Part shown: positions 8,902 to 17,929 of the stretch, in pieces | How the letters are laid out: the number at the start of each line of letters is the position of its first letter | How positions within the stretch are numbered: position 1 is the first letter of the stretch | Assembly: GCF_900105015.1 (NCBI RefSeq) | Contig: NZ_FNLK01000014.1 | Coordinates: 60,001-92,000, forward strand | Direction: 5' to 3' | DNA length: 32,000 bases | From: Schaalia meyeri | GTDB lineage: Bacteria; Actinomycetota; Actinomycetes; Actinomycetales; Actinomycetaceae | The notes under the pieces: generated by a model | Databases searched by the model: none | Told to the model about the DNA's origin: nothing | What the model saw: only the letters and a program-made list of their open reading frames with translations | Program-made: the position numbers and the translations under genes

Positions 8902-10329
8902 TCAGTCGCGCAGCGAGTTGACGTAATCCTCGATGAGCCGCGAAGAATCGGAGGGGGTGAAGCCGATGGCCTCGATCTTCCTCAGGTCTAAGACGGAGGA
9001 CAGGGGGCGGGGAGCGGCGTCGCGGCCCGCGAAGTACTCCTTAGTGGTCACGGGCGTCACATCGCCCGAGTCGCGGCCACACAGTTCGAAGACGCGCGCA
9101 GCGATTTGCGCCCAGCTCATCACCGGGCCCTCACCCGACAGGTTGTACGTACCGAAGGGCGCGTCGTGCGTAAGCAGATGAATGATGCCCGCCGCAAGAT
9201 CCGACGTGAACGTGAGGCGCCCCACCTGATCCGACACTACCGACGGAGACACCCCCTGATCCGCCAGGGACGCCATGGTCTTGATGAAGTTCTTGCCGTC
9301 GCCCACGACCCAGGACGTGCGCACGATGTAGTGCTTCGGGGTCGACGCGACGGCCGCATCGCCGCCGGCCTTCGACTGGCCGTAGGCACCCAGGGGAGAG
9401 GGAGCCTCGTCCTCGACGTGCACCTTTTCGGTCCCATCGAAAACGTACTCCGTGGAAATATGCACCATCGTCACTCCGTGCGCGGTCGCCTCGCGTGCCA
9501 AGATCGCAGGCCCGGTCGAGTTGGCCTGCCATGTCGCGCGACGCCCCTCAAGCCTCTCCGCTCCGTCCACGTTCGTCCACGCCGCGGCGTTAATGACCAC
9601 GTCGATGTCCTCCCACGGCAGGGCGGCGACCTGCTCGGCGTCCGAAATGGACACCTCGGGCAAATCCACGCCCACCGCCATAAAACCGGCGTCCGGCAGT
9701 GCGCGCATCAGCTCGCGGCCCAGTTGGCCGTTCGCGCCCGTCACCAGCGCGCGGCGACCCGCAGGAGCTGGGGCGGGGAAGGGCGTCACGTCAGCGAGGC
9801 GAGGGTGGGCCTTATCCTTGTCCGACAGGATCGCCCGCTCCAGCGGAATCGGCCAATCCACGGCCACGGTCTCGTCCGCCACGTTCAAGAAAGTGTAGAG
9901 CGCGTCCGGCGACCAGTGATCATTGACCAGGTACGTGTAGGCCGTGTTCGGCTCTAGCGTCTGATACGCGTTACCCACGCCCTTGGGGACGAACACCGCG
10001 ACGCCCGGATCGATGACGGTCGTGTAGACGGTGCCGAACGAGGGGCCCTCGCGCAGATCCACCCACGCGCCGAAGACGCGGCCCGTCGCAACCGACACGA
10101 ACTTATCCCACGGCTCCGCGTGAATGCCGCGCGTCACCCCGGCCTCGTCGTTGAAGGAAATGTTGTTTTGCACGGGGTGGAAGTCCGGCAGGCCCAGCGC
10201 GACCATTTTTTCGCGCTGCCAATTCTCCTTAAACCAGCCTCGATTATCGCCGTGAACACTCAGATCGATGCGCAAAAAGCCGGGGATCGGCGTGGTCGTG
10301 ATCCCCAGGGGCTTAGCGGTGGGCGCCAT
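8902..10329 (-). CDS. rmlCD: Bifunctional dTDP-4-dehydrorhamnose 3,5-epimerase (RmlC) / dTDP-4-dehydrorhamnose reductase (RmlD) fusion
   Basis: ATG 10329 is preceded by AAGGAAG. The N-terminal half has the RmlC cupin pattern (RGWFKENWQ, GIHAEPWDKFV, GVGNAYQTLE). The C-terminal half has the RmlD Rossmann pattern (ALVTGANGQLG, INAAAWTNVDGAE, YGQSKAGGD). Confidence 0.9.
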   Translation of the reverse strand: MAPTAKPLGITTTPIPGFLRIDLSVHGDNRGWFKENWQREKMVALGLPDFHPVQNNISFNDEAGVTRGIHAEPWDKFVSVATGRVFGAWVDLREGPSFGTVYTTVIDPGVAVFVPKGVGNAYQTLEPNTAYTYLVNDHWSPDALYTFLNVADETVAVDWPIPLERAILSDKDKAHPRLADVTPFPAPAPAGRRALVTGANGQLGRELMRALPDAGFMAVGVDLPEVSISDAEQVAALPWEDIDVVINAAAWTNVDGAERLEGRRATWQANSTGPAILAREATAHGVTMVHISTEYVFDGTEKVHVEDEAPSPLGAYGQSKAGGDAAVASTPKHYIVRTSWVVGDGKNFIKTMASLADQGVSPSVVSDQVGRLTFTSDLAAGIIHLLTHDAPFGTYNLSGEGPVMSWAQIAARVFELCGRDSGDVTPVTTKEYFAGRDAAPRPLSSVLDLRKIEAIGFTPSDSSRLIEDYVNSLRD

Positions 10330-10525
10330 GGTTCTTCCTTTACGTGCGGTGTTCTCGCGCGAACGCGACATTCCCTATAAATGTTAGCCGATCTGTACAC
10401 CAGCGGCGGCGCGCTTCGTCCCATCCGCGCACGGGAGCATCAAGTTGTGGAAAAATACCGTGGTGTAGGGATAATTGTCAGCGATGCGCGACCCGCACGA
10501 GGTCGCGCCGGGAAGCGGAGGCATC

Positions 10526-11398
10526 ATGAAAGGCATCATCCTGGCGGGCGGGTCAGGCACCCGACTCAACCCGATCACCCTGGGGACATCGAAGCAGCTG
10601 GTCCCCGTCTACGACAAGCCGATGATTTACTACCCCCTGTCGACCCTCATGCTGGCCGGCATTTCCGAGGTACTCGTCATCACTACGCCGCACGACGCGC
10701 CCTCCTTCCATCGCCTGCTCGGCGACGGAAGCCAACTGGGCGTCAGCATCTCCTACGCCGTCCAGCACGAGCCCAACGGCCTGGCCCAGGCCTTCGTGCT
10801 CGGCGCCGACCACGTCGGCAACGATGGCGCGGCCCTGGTCCTGGGCGACAACATTTTCTATGGCCCCGGCATGGGCACCCAGCTGCGTCGCCACGTCGAC
10901 CCCGACGGCGGCGCCGTCTTCGCCTACCACGTCTCCAACCCGCGCGAGTACGGCGTCGTCGAGTTCGACGAGGAGTTCAACGCGCTGTCGATTGAGGAAA
11001 AGCCGGAGCATCCCAAGTCGAACTACGCCGTGCCCGGCCTGTATTTCTACGACAACGACGTGGTGGATATCGCCCGCAACCTCAGGCCCAGCGCGCGCGG
11101 TGAATACGAGATCACCGACGTGAATCGTGCCTACCTGGAGGCGGGCAAGCTCAAGGTCGAGGTCCTACCGCGAGGCACCGCCTGGCTGGACACCGGCACT
11201 TTCGATTCCTTGGCCGACGCCACCTCCTTTGTGCGCACGGTCGAGGCTCGCCAGGGCATGAAGATCGGCGCCCCCGAAGAGGTCGCGTGGCGCATGGGTT
11301 TCATCGACGACGAGGGCCTGCGCCAGCGAGCGGAGCCCCTGGTTAAGTCCGGTTACGGATCCTATCTGCTCGAGCTCCTTGAGCGAGAGGGCCGCTGA
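10526..11398 (+). CDS. rmlA: Glucose-1-phosphate thymidylyltransferase
   Basis: ATG 10526 follows [57 protein letters not shown] is the canonical RmlA N-terminus. The protein is 290 aa. Confidence 0.95.
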   Translation: MKGIILAGGSGTRLNPITLGTSKQLVPVYDKPMIYYPLSTLMLAGISEVLVITTPHDAPSFHRLLGDGSQLGVSISYAVQHEPNGLAQAFVLGADHVGNDGAALVLGDNIFYGPGMGTQLRRHVDPDGGAVFAYHVSNPREYGVVEFDEEFNALSIEEKPEHPKSNYAVPGLYFYDNDVVDIARNLRPSARGEYEITDVNRAYLEAGKLKVEVLPRGTAWLDTGTFDSLADATSFVRTVEARQGMKIGAPEEVAWRMGFIDDEGLRQRAEPLVKSGYGSYLLELLEREGR

Positions 11399-12154
11399 GT
11401 GAGGCGTCCCAGCAATGATTCGCGCCTGCTGATCGTCATCCCCGCGTGGAACGAGGAGGCGGTACTCGGAGACGTCCTCGAAGTGGTCAAGGTCGAGAAG
11501 CCTTCCTTCGCGGACATCCTCGTGGTATCCGACGGGTCAACGGACGCGACCGCCTCCATTGCGCGCGCCGCTAGCGTGGCCGTCCTCGACCTGCCGCTCA
11601 ACCTGGGGGTCGGCGGCGCCATGCGTGCCGGTTTCCAGTACGCGCGGCGCGAGGGCTACGAGTATGCGTGTCAGCTCGACGCGGACGGACAGCACGATCC
11701 GAGGGAAATTGAGACCCTCATCAAGGTGGCGTCGCGCGAGCACGCGGATGTTGTCATCGGTTCGCGCTTCGCGGGAAAGGGCAACTATGAGGCGCGCGGG
11801 CCGCGCAAGTGGGCGATGAACCTGTTTTCGTTCATCCTCTCGCGCGTGTGTCACACGCGCCTGACCGACACCACCAGCGGTTTCAAGCTCTACGGCCCCA
11901 GGGCTTTGTCCCTCTTTGCGTGCAACTATCCGGCGGAGTACCTGGGCGACACGATCGGCGCGCTCGTCATCGCGGCGCGCTCGCGCCTGGTCGTTCGCGA
12001 AGTCGGCGTGCAGATGCATCCGCGCGCGGGCGGAGAGCCCTCTCACAACCCGATCAAGTCGGCGCTCTTCCTGGTGCGGGCGACCCTCGCCCTCGCGGTG
12101 TCCCTGTCGCGCCCCGGCGAGCAGATCGTTTCGGATACGGAGGTGGGAGCATGA
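11399..12154 (+). CDS. GT2 (GT-A fold) glycosyltransferase, polyprenyl-phosphate sugar synthase-like
   Basis: The GTG start abuts the rmlA stop. VIPAWNEE, VVSDGSTD and QLDADGQHDP motifs are present, the last being the DxD region. Confidence 0.85.
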   Translation: MRRPSNDSRLLIVIPAWNEEAVLGDVLEVVKVEKPSFADILVVSDGSTDATASIARAASVAVLDLPLNLGVGGAMRAGFQYARREGYEYACQLDADGQHDPREIETLIKVASREHADVVIGSRFAGKGNYEARGPRKWAMNLFSFILSRVCHTRLTDTTSGFKLYGPRALSLFACNYPAEYLGDTIGALVIAARSRLVVREVGVQMHPRAGGEPSHNPIKSALFLVRATLALAVSLSRPGEQIVSDTEVGA

Positions 12155-12555
12155 GTCCCTCCTACGTGCTCGGGCTGGTTTTCGCGCTGGTCATCCTGGT
12201 GACGGTGTTCGTGAAGATGCGCAATTCGGGTCTCAAGGAGCGCTACGGCCTGTGGTGGTACGTCATCGCGTTCTTCACGCTGATACTGTCTGTCTTTCCC
12301 AGCATCTTGCGGTGGACGGCACTGCGCACGGGGGTCGTCGTCCCGTTGAACCTCGGCTTCTTCGTCGCCGGCGTCGTCCTCCTGCTTTTGTCCCTGCGCT
12401 TCTCCGTCGACCTGTCGCGCTCGGATGAGGATCGTCGGCGCCTGACCGAAGAGGCCGCGATCCTGCGCCTCCAAGTCGAGGAGTTGCAGCGGCGCGTCGA
12501 TTCTCTTGAAGCGCGTGGCCACGCAGCACAGCAGGGGGACACCGACACCCGCTGA
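12151..12555 (+). CDS. DUF2304-like small membrane protein with a C-terminal coiled-coil tail
   Basis: It starts with an ATGA overlap on the GT2 stop. Three or four hydrophobic helices are followed by LTEEAAILRLQVEELQRRVDSLE. The GT2-DUF2304 pairing is common in actinobacteria (from memory). Confidence 0.65.
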   Translation: MSPSYVLGLVFALVILVTVFVKMRNSGLKERYGLWWYVIAFFTLILSVFPSILRWTALRTGVVVPLNLGFFVAGVVLLLLSLRFSVDLSRSDEDRRRLTEEAAILRLQVEELQRRVDSLEARGHAAQQGDTDTR

Positions 12556-12685
12556 GGGACAAGGCGCATTCCGGCCGCGCCCGCTCCACGCACGGGGCCA
12601 CGGCTCGTCGGGCATTGAAGCCGACGGACACCGGATCCGTGCGGAGGCCCCGCGGGCCGAATCGCGGCGTGCCGCCCTGCGTGAG

Positions 12686-13858
12686 CTACTGGATGAGCGT
12701 TCCGTCCGGCCCGAGCCGCAGGCGTTCGGTCGGTGCGGCCGGGTCTGCCTCGCCTCGGGCCAGCTTGCGGGACAGGGCCGACGCGGGGTGCGATACGGGG
12801 GGAGGCGTGTCGCTGACCTGCTTAGCCCCGTGAGGCGTGAGCCGAGCGGCGTCATCTGTACGCACGGGCGCGCTGCGGGAGGAGGCCTCGTTGGCGGCGG
12901 CGCGAGACCCCATGGATGAGGCGTGGGAGGGAAGCAGGGGCTCCCCGTCCAAGTCTGCGGCAAGGTCGGCGATCATGGAGTGAGCCTCGTCGATGATGGA
13001 GGAGTCTTCGGCGTGAATCCCGTGGACCAGCCAGCGGACCAGCGCGATTTCGCTCATGAGCTGGGCGCGCGTGAAGATGTGCAGGTCGGTGGCGCGGCGC
13101 TCGTGCCCGTAGGCCTCGCGAAAACGTTCGAGGAACCGGTCGGACGCGGTGGCCTGGATCCAGGAGAGGTCCAGGGCGGGGTCGCCCACGTGCGCGCTGG
13201 TCCACCCGCCAATCGCCAGGACGGAGCCGCGCCGCACGGACAAACAGCGCTCCTGGACGTCGCCGTGGATGGGCGCGGAGGGGAAACGCCACAGGGATAC
13301 GTCTTCGAGGGCCGCTTCCCACCGGCTCCACACGGAGACGGGGATGGTGACTTCGCGGGCGGCTTCGTCGAGGAGGGCCAGGGTGCGGTCGCGACACTCA
13401 ATGGCTGTGTACGTGGGCAACCCGATCGAGGAAAACACGGTTTCGGGGAGGTTGTGTAGGGCCGCGAGGGCACGCCCGAGTGAGGCGGGCAGGAGCGGGT
13501 CGGTGTCAAGGTCCGCGGGGGTCGGTTCGCGGCCACCCGGGTCCCGGTGAACATAGACGAAACCGCCCCCGGGGAGCCGGGCCTGTCCGGCCAGCCGGGG
13601 CACGTCGAAGGGAATGTAATCGTGGTCGTACGCCGCGCCGAGGCGTTCGAGAATGCCCGAAGTGATCTCCAGTGCGGGCCCTGAGACCTCCTCGTGGGGG
13701 CAGGTGACGATCCAGCGGTTTCCGGCGGCGTCCTCGATGCCGGTCACGGAGGAGAGCTCGTCGCTGTAGGAGGGTGGGCGCAGCGCGGTGACGCGCATGC
13801 CGGGCATGGCGGAGGTGGCCAGTGCGGCCAGTTCGAGGGGGCTCTTCGCGGTGCTCAT
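12686..13858 (-). CDS. Aminoglycoside/macrolide phosphotransferase (APH/Mph)-like kinase-fold protein with a low-complexity C-terminal tail
   Basis: Start proposed at ATG 13858 (MSTAKSPLEL...). The Brenner-like motif is PIHGDVQERCL and the activation-segment equivalent is LAIGGWTSAHVGDPALDLSW. The last ~80 aa are Ala/Ser/Pro-rich. Confidence 0.65.
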   Translation of the reverse strand: MSTAKSPLELAALATSAMPGMRVTALRPPSYSDELSSVTGIEDAAGNRWIVTCPHEEVSGPALEITSGILERLGAAYDHDYIPFDVPRLAGQARLPGGGFVYVHRDPGGREPTPADLDTDPLLPASLGRALAALHNLPETVFSSIGLPTYTAIECRDRTLALLDEAAREVTIPVSVWSRWEAALEDVSLWRFPSAPIHGDVQERCLSVRRGSVLAIGGWTSAHVGDPALDLSWIQATASDRFLERFREAYGHERRATDLHIFTRAQLMSEIALVRWLVHGIHAEDSSIIDEAHSMIADLAADLDGEPLLPSHASSMGSRAAANEASSRSAPVRTDDAARLTPHGAKQVSDTPPPVSHPASALSRKLARGEADPAAPTERLRLGPDGTLIQ

Positions 13859-13934
13859 TTCTTTAACGTATCGCGGGATGGTCGCGGGCGTGGGGCCCCG
13901 CGCGGGCGTCGGTCCGATTGCGTGTTTGTCGGGT

Positions 13935-13963
13935 TTGCTACTTGCCGAAAAGCCTGTTACTTT
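13935..13963 (+). promoter_or_regulatory. Candidate tad operon promoter TTGCTA-17 nt-TACTTT
   Basis: Hexamers lie at 13935-13940 and 13958-13963 with a 17-nt spacer, about 40 nt upstream of the tadA ATG. This rests on a motif match only. Confidence 0.25.
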
Positions 13964-14001
13964 CAACACAGCGGATTGGTCTGCAGCGAGGAGGCGCAGC
14001 G

Positions 14002-15216
14002 ATGGAAGCCGTGACGCGCGCGTTGGCCGCGCAGGTTCGTGAGGGATTGGCCATGGGTGGCATCGACGCCACGCGCAACCCCAGGTCCGTGCGCGCCCTG
14101 ATCGAGCGCGCCATCGACCAGCACGCCTCCGACTTGCTTCCCTCCGCGCGCGAGCGTGTGGAAGCGGACCTGATGGACGACATCTGCGGCCTCGGACCCT
14201 TGCAGGTCCTCATGGACGATCCCGGGGTCGAGGAAATCTGGATCAATTCCGCCTCGCGCGTGTTCGTGGCGCGCTCGGGGATCGCGGAGCTAACCAGCCT
14301 GATATTAACGGACGAGGACGTTCGCGCCCTGGTGGAACGGATGTTGCATCATTCGGGTCGCAGGCTTGACCTGTCCAGCCCGTTTGTGGACGCGATGCTC
14401 GCCGGGGGAGAACGCCTGCACGTGGTGATTCCGCCGGTGACCGGCTCGTCGTGGAGCGTCAACATCCGCAAGCACATCCAGCGGGCGCGTACCCTTGAGG
14501 ACCTCGTGGCAGCCGACATGATTGCCCCGCCGATGAGGGACTTCTTGGCGGCTGCCGTGTGCTGCGGGCTGTCCGTGCTGGTGTCGGGCGGCACGCAGGC
14601 GGGTAAGACGACGCTGCTGCGCGCGCTCGCGGGGGAGCTCCCGCGCTCTCGGCGCGTCATCTCGTGCGAGGAGGTTTTCGAGCTGGGACTGGCGAACTGG
14701 GATCACGTCGCCATGCAGACCAGGCCTGCGGGGGCCGAGGGAACGGGCGAAGTGACCCTGCGGGATCTGGTGCGCGAATCCTTGCGCATGAGGCCCGAGT
14801 ATCTGATCGTCGGAGAGGTGCGCGGGCCCGAGGCGCTGGATCTGCTGGTCGCCCTGAACGCGGGCGTGCCGGGCATGGCGACAGTGCACGCGAACTCGGC
14901 GCGCGAAGCCCTGGACAAGCTTTCCATTCTGCCCCTCCTGGCCGGTGAGAACGTGACGACAGGGTTCGTTACGCCCACGCTGGCCTCTTCGATTGACCTC
15001 GTGTGTCACGTCGAACGAGGCGCGGGCGGGCACCGCTACCTGAGCGAGATCCTTGCCGTGCCGGGGCGCGTCGAAGGAAACCGGATCGAGACGGCCACGC
15101 TGTTCACCTTCGACGGGGAGCGCTGCGAGCGCGCCTCGGGGGGCCTGGATATGCACGAGCGCTTCGAGGCGGCGGGCTTCGATCTGGCTTCCCTGCTGGA
15201 ATGGGGTGCGTTGTGA
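14002..15216 (+). CDS. tadA: Tad/Flp pilus secretion ATPase (CpaF/TadA family)
   Basis: ATG 14002 follows GAGGAGG. Walker A is GGTQAGKTTLLRAL. The Asp/His box regions are LIVGEVRGPEALDLL and TVHANSAREAL. Confidence 0.9.
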   Translation: MEAVTRALAAQVREGLAMGGIDATRNPRSVRALIERAIDQHASDLLPSARERVEADLMDDICGLGPLQVLMDDPGVEEIWINSASRVFVARSGIAELTSLILTDEDVRALVERMLHHSGRRLDLSSPFVDAMLAGGERLHVVIPPVTGSSWSVNIRKHIQRARTLEDLVAADMIAPPMRDFLAAAVCCGLSVLVSGGTQAGKTTLLRALAGELPRSRRVISCEEVFELGLANWDHVAMQTRPAGAEGTGEVTLRDLVRESLRMRPEYLIVGEVRGPEALDLLVALNAGVPGMATVHANSAREALDKLSILPLLAGENVTTGFVTPTLASSIDLVCHVERGAGGHRYLSEILAVPGRVEGNRIETATLFTFDGERCERASGGLDMHERFEAAGFDLASLLEWGAL

Positions 15217-16079
15217 TTGCCATCGTGTGCGGCCTGGTGTGTGGCCTCGGACTCGTGTTGGCCGCCTCCCCTTGGTTCACGCCCGCCCCCGTGCGCGCGC
15301 CCTGGGGGCCGTGGAGGCGCCTGACCGAAGACGTCGGACGCGCGCGGGTCCCCGGGCTGACCGCCGTACGCCTGGTCATCCTCAGCCTGGCCGCCGGGCT
15401 GGCGTCCGCCGCGTCGGCGCTCGCGGTGACGGGGGCGTGGCCGGTCGCACTGATCGTCTCGCTCGGCGTGGCGTTCCTGCCGTACGCGTGGGTCGTGTCC
15501 CGGGTGGGCGCGCACGCCAAGACCGTGCGCGCCGCCTGGCCCGAGGTCATCGACGCGATGGTGTCGGGAGTGCGAGCGGGCACGTCGCTGCCGCAGGTTC
15601 TGTGCGACCTGGCCGATGAGGGGCCCGTGCCCCTTCGCTTCGCCTTCGAGGCGTTTTCGCGTGACTACAGTGCAAACGGGCGTTTCGCCTCGGCGCTGGA
15701 TCGGATGAAGGAAGAAATAGCGGACCCCGTTGCGGACCGCATCGTTGAGGCCTTGCGCATAGCCCGCTCCGTCGGCGGCGCTGACCTGACCAGACTCCTC
15801 CAGGATCTGGCCTTGCTCCTGCGCGAAGACGCGCGAGTGCGCGGCGAGCTGGAAGCCAGGCAATCGTGGACCGTGGGGGCTGCGCGCCTCGGGCTTGCGG
15901 CTCCGTGGGTGGTGCTCCTGCTGCTCTCGGGCGGAGGGGGCAGCGCGGCCGTGTGGAACTCTCCGGGAGGAATCGCTGTTTTGTGTAGCGGCGCGGGCAT
16001 CTGCGTGATCGCCTACCTGACGATGAAGGCGCTCAGCAGGCTCAGCGTGGACCCGAGAAACCTCGGAGGCAAGCGATGA
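15201..16079 (+). CDS. tadB: Tad pilus inner-membrane platform protein (TadB, T2SS F-domain family)
   Basis: The gene overlaps the tadA stop. Start is ATG 15201, or GTG 15213 with a GTGA overlap. It has an N-terminal TM helix, a cytoplasmic helical domain (WPEVIDAMVSGVRAG) and C-terminal TM helices. Confidence 0.8.
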   Translation: MGCVVIAIVCGLVCGLGLVLAASPWFTPAPVRAPWGPWRRLTEDVGRARVPGLTAVRLVILSLAAGLASAASALAVTGAWPVALIVSLGVAFLPYAWVVSRVGAHAKTVRAAWPEVIDAMVSGVRAGTSLPQVLCDLADEGPVPLRFAFEAFSRDYSANGRFASALDRMKEEIADPVADRIVEALRIARSVGGADLTRLLQDLALLLREDARVRGELEARQSWTVGAARLGLAAPWVVLLLLSGGGGSAAVWNSPGGIAVLCSGAGICVIAYLTMKALSRLSVDPRNLGGKR

Positions 16080-16972
16080 ACCCCTGGACCGTTCGAGCGC
16101 TCGACACCCTCGTTGCTGTCCTCGCCGCCTCCGGCCTCGTGTGCATCCTGGCGGCATGGCTGTCCCATCGCCCGTCTTTCGTGGCGCGGGTCGCGCAGGG
16201 CAGGGTGACCGAGACGCCACCGTCCGTCCTGACGGCGTGGGTTCGTCGCGCCGCTGCCACAACCCTGGAATCGCTGGGGTCGACCAGCGAGTCGGTGGCG
16301 CGCAGGCTGACCCTGGCCGGTCTCCCCGCGGAGGTGTCGGTTTTTCGGCTGCGTCAGGCGCTCGCGGGCATCGCCGGATTGATCCTGTCGTGTTTCGCCC
16401 TCACGCTGCGACCGGCGTCCTCGTTTCGTTCCTCCATCCTGCCCCTGTGCGCGTGCGCCATTATCGGTTCCCTGCTCGGCGTCACCGCGGCGGACCGTGC
16501 CCTGTCGCTGCGGTCGCGCAGCCGACAGAGGGCGATCGAGGCGGCCGTCCCGGATTGCGCGGAGCTGCTGGCGCTCGCGGTCGCGGCGGGTGAGTCGATT
16601 CCCGCGGCCATCGAGCGGGTCGCCGGGTGTGCGGGAGGCCCGCTCGGCACCGAGCTGGCCCTCACTGCGGGGCATATCCGTAACGGAACGCCGTCGGTGC
16701 GTGCGCTGGCCGAGCTGGTCCAGCGCACGGATTCTCCTGCCCTGACCCGGCTGGGGCGCACGCTGACGACCGCTATCGAGCGGGGGTCGCCCCTGGCTTC
16801 CGTTCTGCACGACCAGGCTCGCGATCAGCGTGAGCGCTCCCTTGCCGCGCTCATGGAGGAGGGCGGGCGGCGCGAGATCGCGATGTTGCTCCCGGTCGTG
16901 TTTCTGATCCTTCCTGTCACGGTCATGTTCGCGCTCTATCCGGGTCTCATCGCCTTGGATTTCACCCCCTAA
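16076..16972 (+). CDS. tadC: Tad pilus inner-membrane platform protein (TadC, T2SS F-domain family)
   Basis: It starts with an ATGA overlap on tadB. The topology matches TadB (AVPDCAELLALAVAAGESIPAAIERV, with C-terminal TM helices). Confidence 0.8.
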   Translation: MNPWTVRALDTLVAVLAASGLVCILAAWLSHRPSFVARVAQGRVTETPPSVLTAWVRRAAATTLESLGSTSESVARRLTLAGLPAEVSVFRLRQALAGIAGLILSCFALTLRPASSFRSSILPLCACAIIGSLLGVTAADRALSLRSRSRQRAIEAAVPDCAELLALAVAAGESIPAAIERVAGCAGGPLGTELALTAGHIRNGTPSVRALAELVQRTDSPALTRLGRTLTTAIERGSPLASVLHDQARDQRERSLAALMEEGGRREIAMLLPVVFLILPVTVMFALYPGLIALDFTP

Positions 16973-16987
16973 AGAAAGGAAGTCAAC

Positions 16988-17161
16988 ATGAAGAAGCTGC
17001 TGTTGAGGGGTCGTTTGGCACTGAGTGAACGCGGCGACGTACCCGGGTGGGTGCTGATCACGCTCATGACGGCTGCCCTCGTTGTTCTCATCTGGGGCGT
17101 GGCCTCGGAGCGCCTGGTGGAGATCTTCAATCGTGCGATGGATTCCATTTCGAGGATCTGA
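16988..17161 (+). CDS. Flp/DUF4244-like small pilin candidate (57 aa, below the ORF-track cutoff)
   Basis: AAAGGAAG precedes ATG 16988. The translation is MKKLLLRGRLALSERGDVPGWVLITLMTAALVVLIWGVASERLVEIFNRAMDSISRI. It has a basic leader, an ERG motif and a single hydrophobic helix. The gene occupies the flp slot between tadC and the tadE-like genes. Confidence 0.6.
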   Translation: MKKLLLRGRLALSERGDVPGWVLITLMTAALVVLIWGVASERLVEIFNRAMDSISRI

Positions 17162-17534
17162 TCGGGGCTTCGAGCGCGGCTCGGAGGTGGTGTCTACCGT
17201 TCTCGTCCAGGGCCTCGCGGTCGTTGTGATCCTTTTGCTCGCTCAGGTGGCCTTCGCCTCGTACGTACGCACGATGAGCGTGAGTGCCGCGTCGGAGGGC
17301 GCACGCCGGGGCGGCCTGCTCGGGGGAAACGAGGAAGAGGCGAGGGCGCGCACGGGGGAGCTCCTCGACTCCCTCGTGGGCGCTGCCAGGGATCGGCAGA
17401 TCGACGTTGGACGCGAAAGCGAGGGTGGAGTCGACATTCTCGTCGTGACGGTGCGCACGCGCCTGCCGCTCGTGGGCGGCTTGGGCCCCAGGTGGCTGAC
17501 CGTGAGGGGCCGCAGCCTCGTGGAGGGACCGTGA
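17133..17534 (+). CDS. TadE-like pseudopilin (minor pilin)
   Basis: The ERGSEVVSTVLVQGLAVVVILLLAQVAF leader-plus-helix resembles TadE N-termini. The start is uncertain: GTG 17133 is proposed, and ATG 17082 would overlap the pilin ORF by 80 nt. Confidence 0.6.
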   Translation: MRWIPFRGSDRGFERGSEVVSTVLVQGLAVVVILLLAQVAFASYVRTMSVSAASEGARRGGLLGGNEEEARARTGELLDSLVGAARDRQIDVGRESEGGVDILVVTVRTRLPLVGGLGPRWLTVRGRSLVEGP

Positions 17535-17929
17535 GCGAGCGCGGGGACGCGACCGTGGAGTTTTTGGGGATGCTGGTTGTGTTGGTGATCCCGCTGCTGT
17601 ACGTCGTTTTGGCGGTCGGCGCCGTCAGTGCCGGTGCGATGGCGGTGGACGCCGGTGCGCGCGAGGCGGCTCGTATTTTGGCGGAGGACCGAACGCGCGA
17701 GGACGATGCGCGGCGTGCTGTTTCCCTGATTGTTGAAGACTTCGGGGTGGATGCCGACGCGGAAGTGTTTGCCGCGTGCGCGGAATGCGACGGCGAGAAG
17801 GGGGTGGTCGATGTGCGCGTTTTCGTGCGCGTGCCACTGCCTTTCTTGCCCGAGTGGTTCGGCCGTGTTGGTGTGGGTGTCTCCTCAAGCGCCCGGGCGC
17901 CCGTCCGGGAGGTGGTTCCCGGTGGGTGA
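17531..17929 (+). CDS. TadE-family pseudopilin
   Basis: GTG 17531 overlaps the previous stop (GTGA). The N-terminus VSERGDATVEFLGMLVVLVIPLLYVVLAVG is the canonical TadE motif (ERG..(T/A)VEF followed by a hydrophobic helix). Confidence 0.75.
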   Translation: MSERGDATVEFLGMLVVLVIPLLYVVLAVGAVSAGAMAVDAGAREAARILAEDRTREDDARRAVSLIVEDFGVDADAEVFAACAECDGEKGVVDVRVFVRVPLPFLPEWFGRVGVGVSSSARAPVREVVPGG

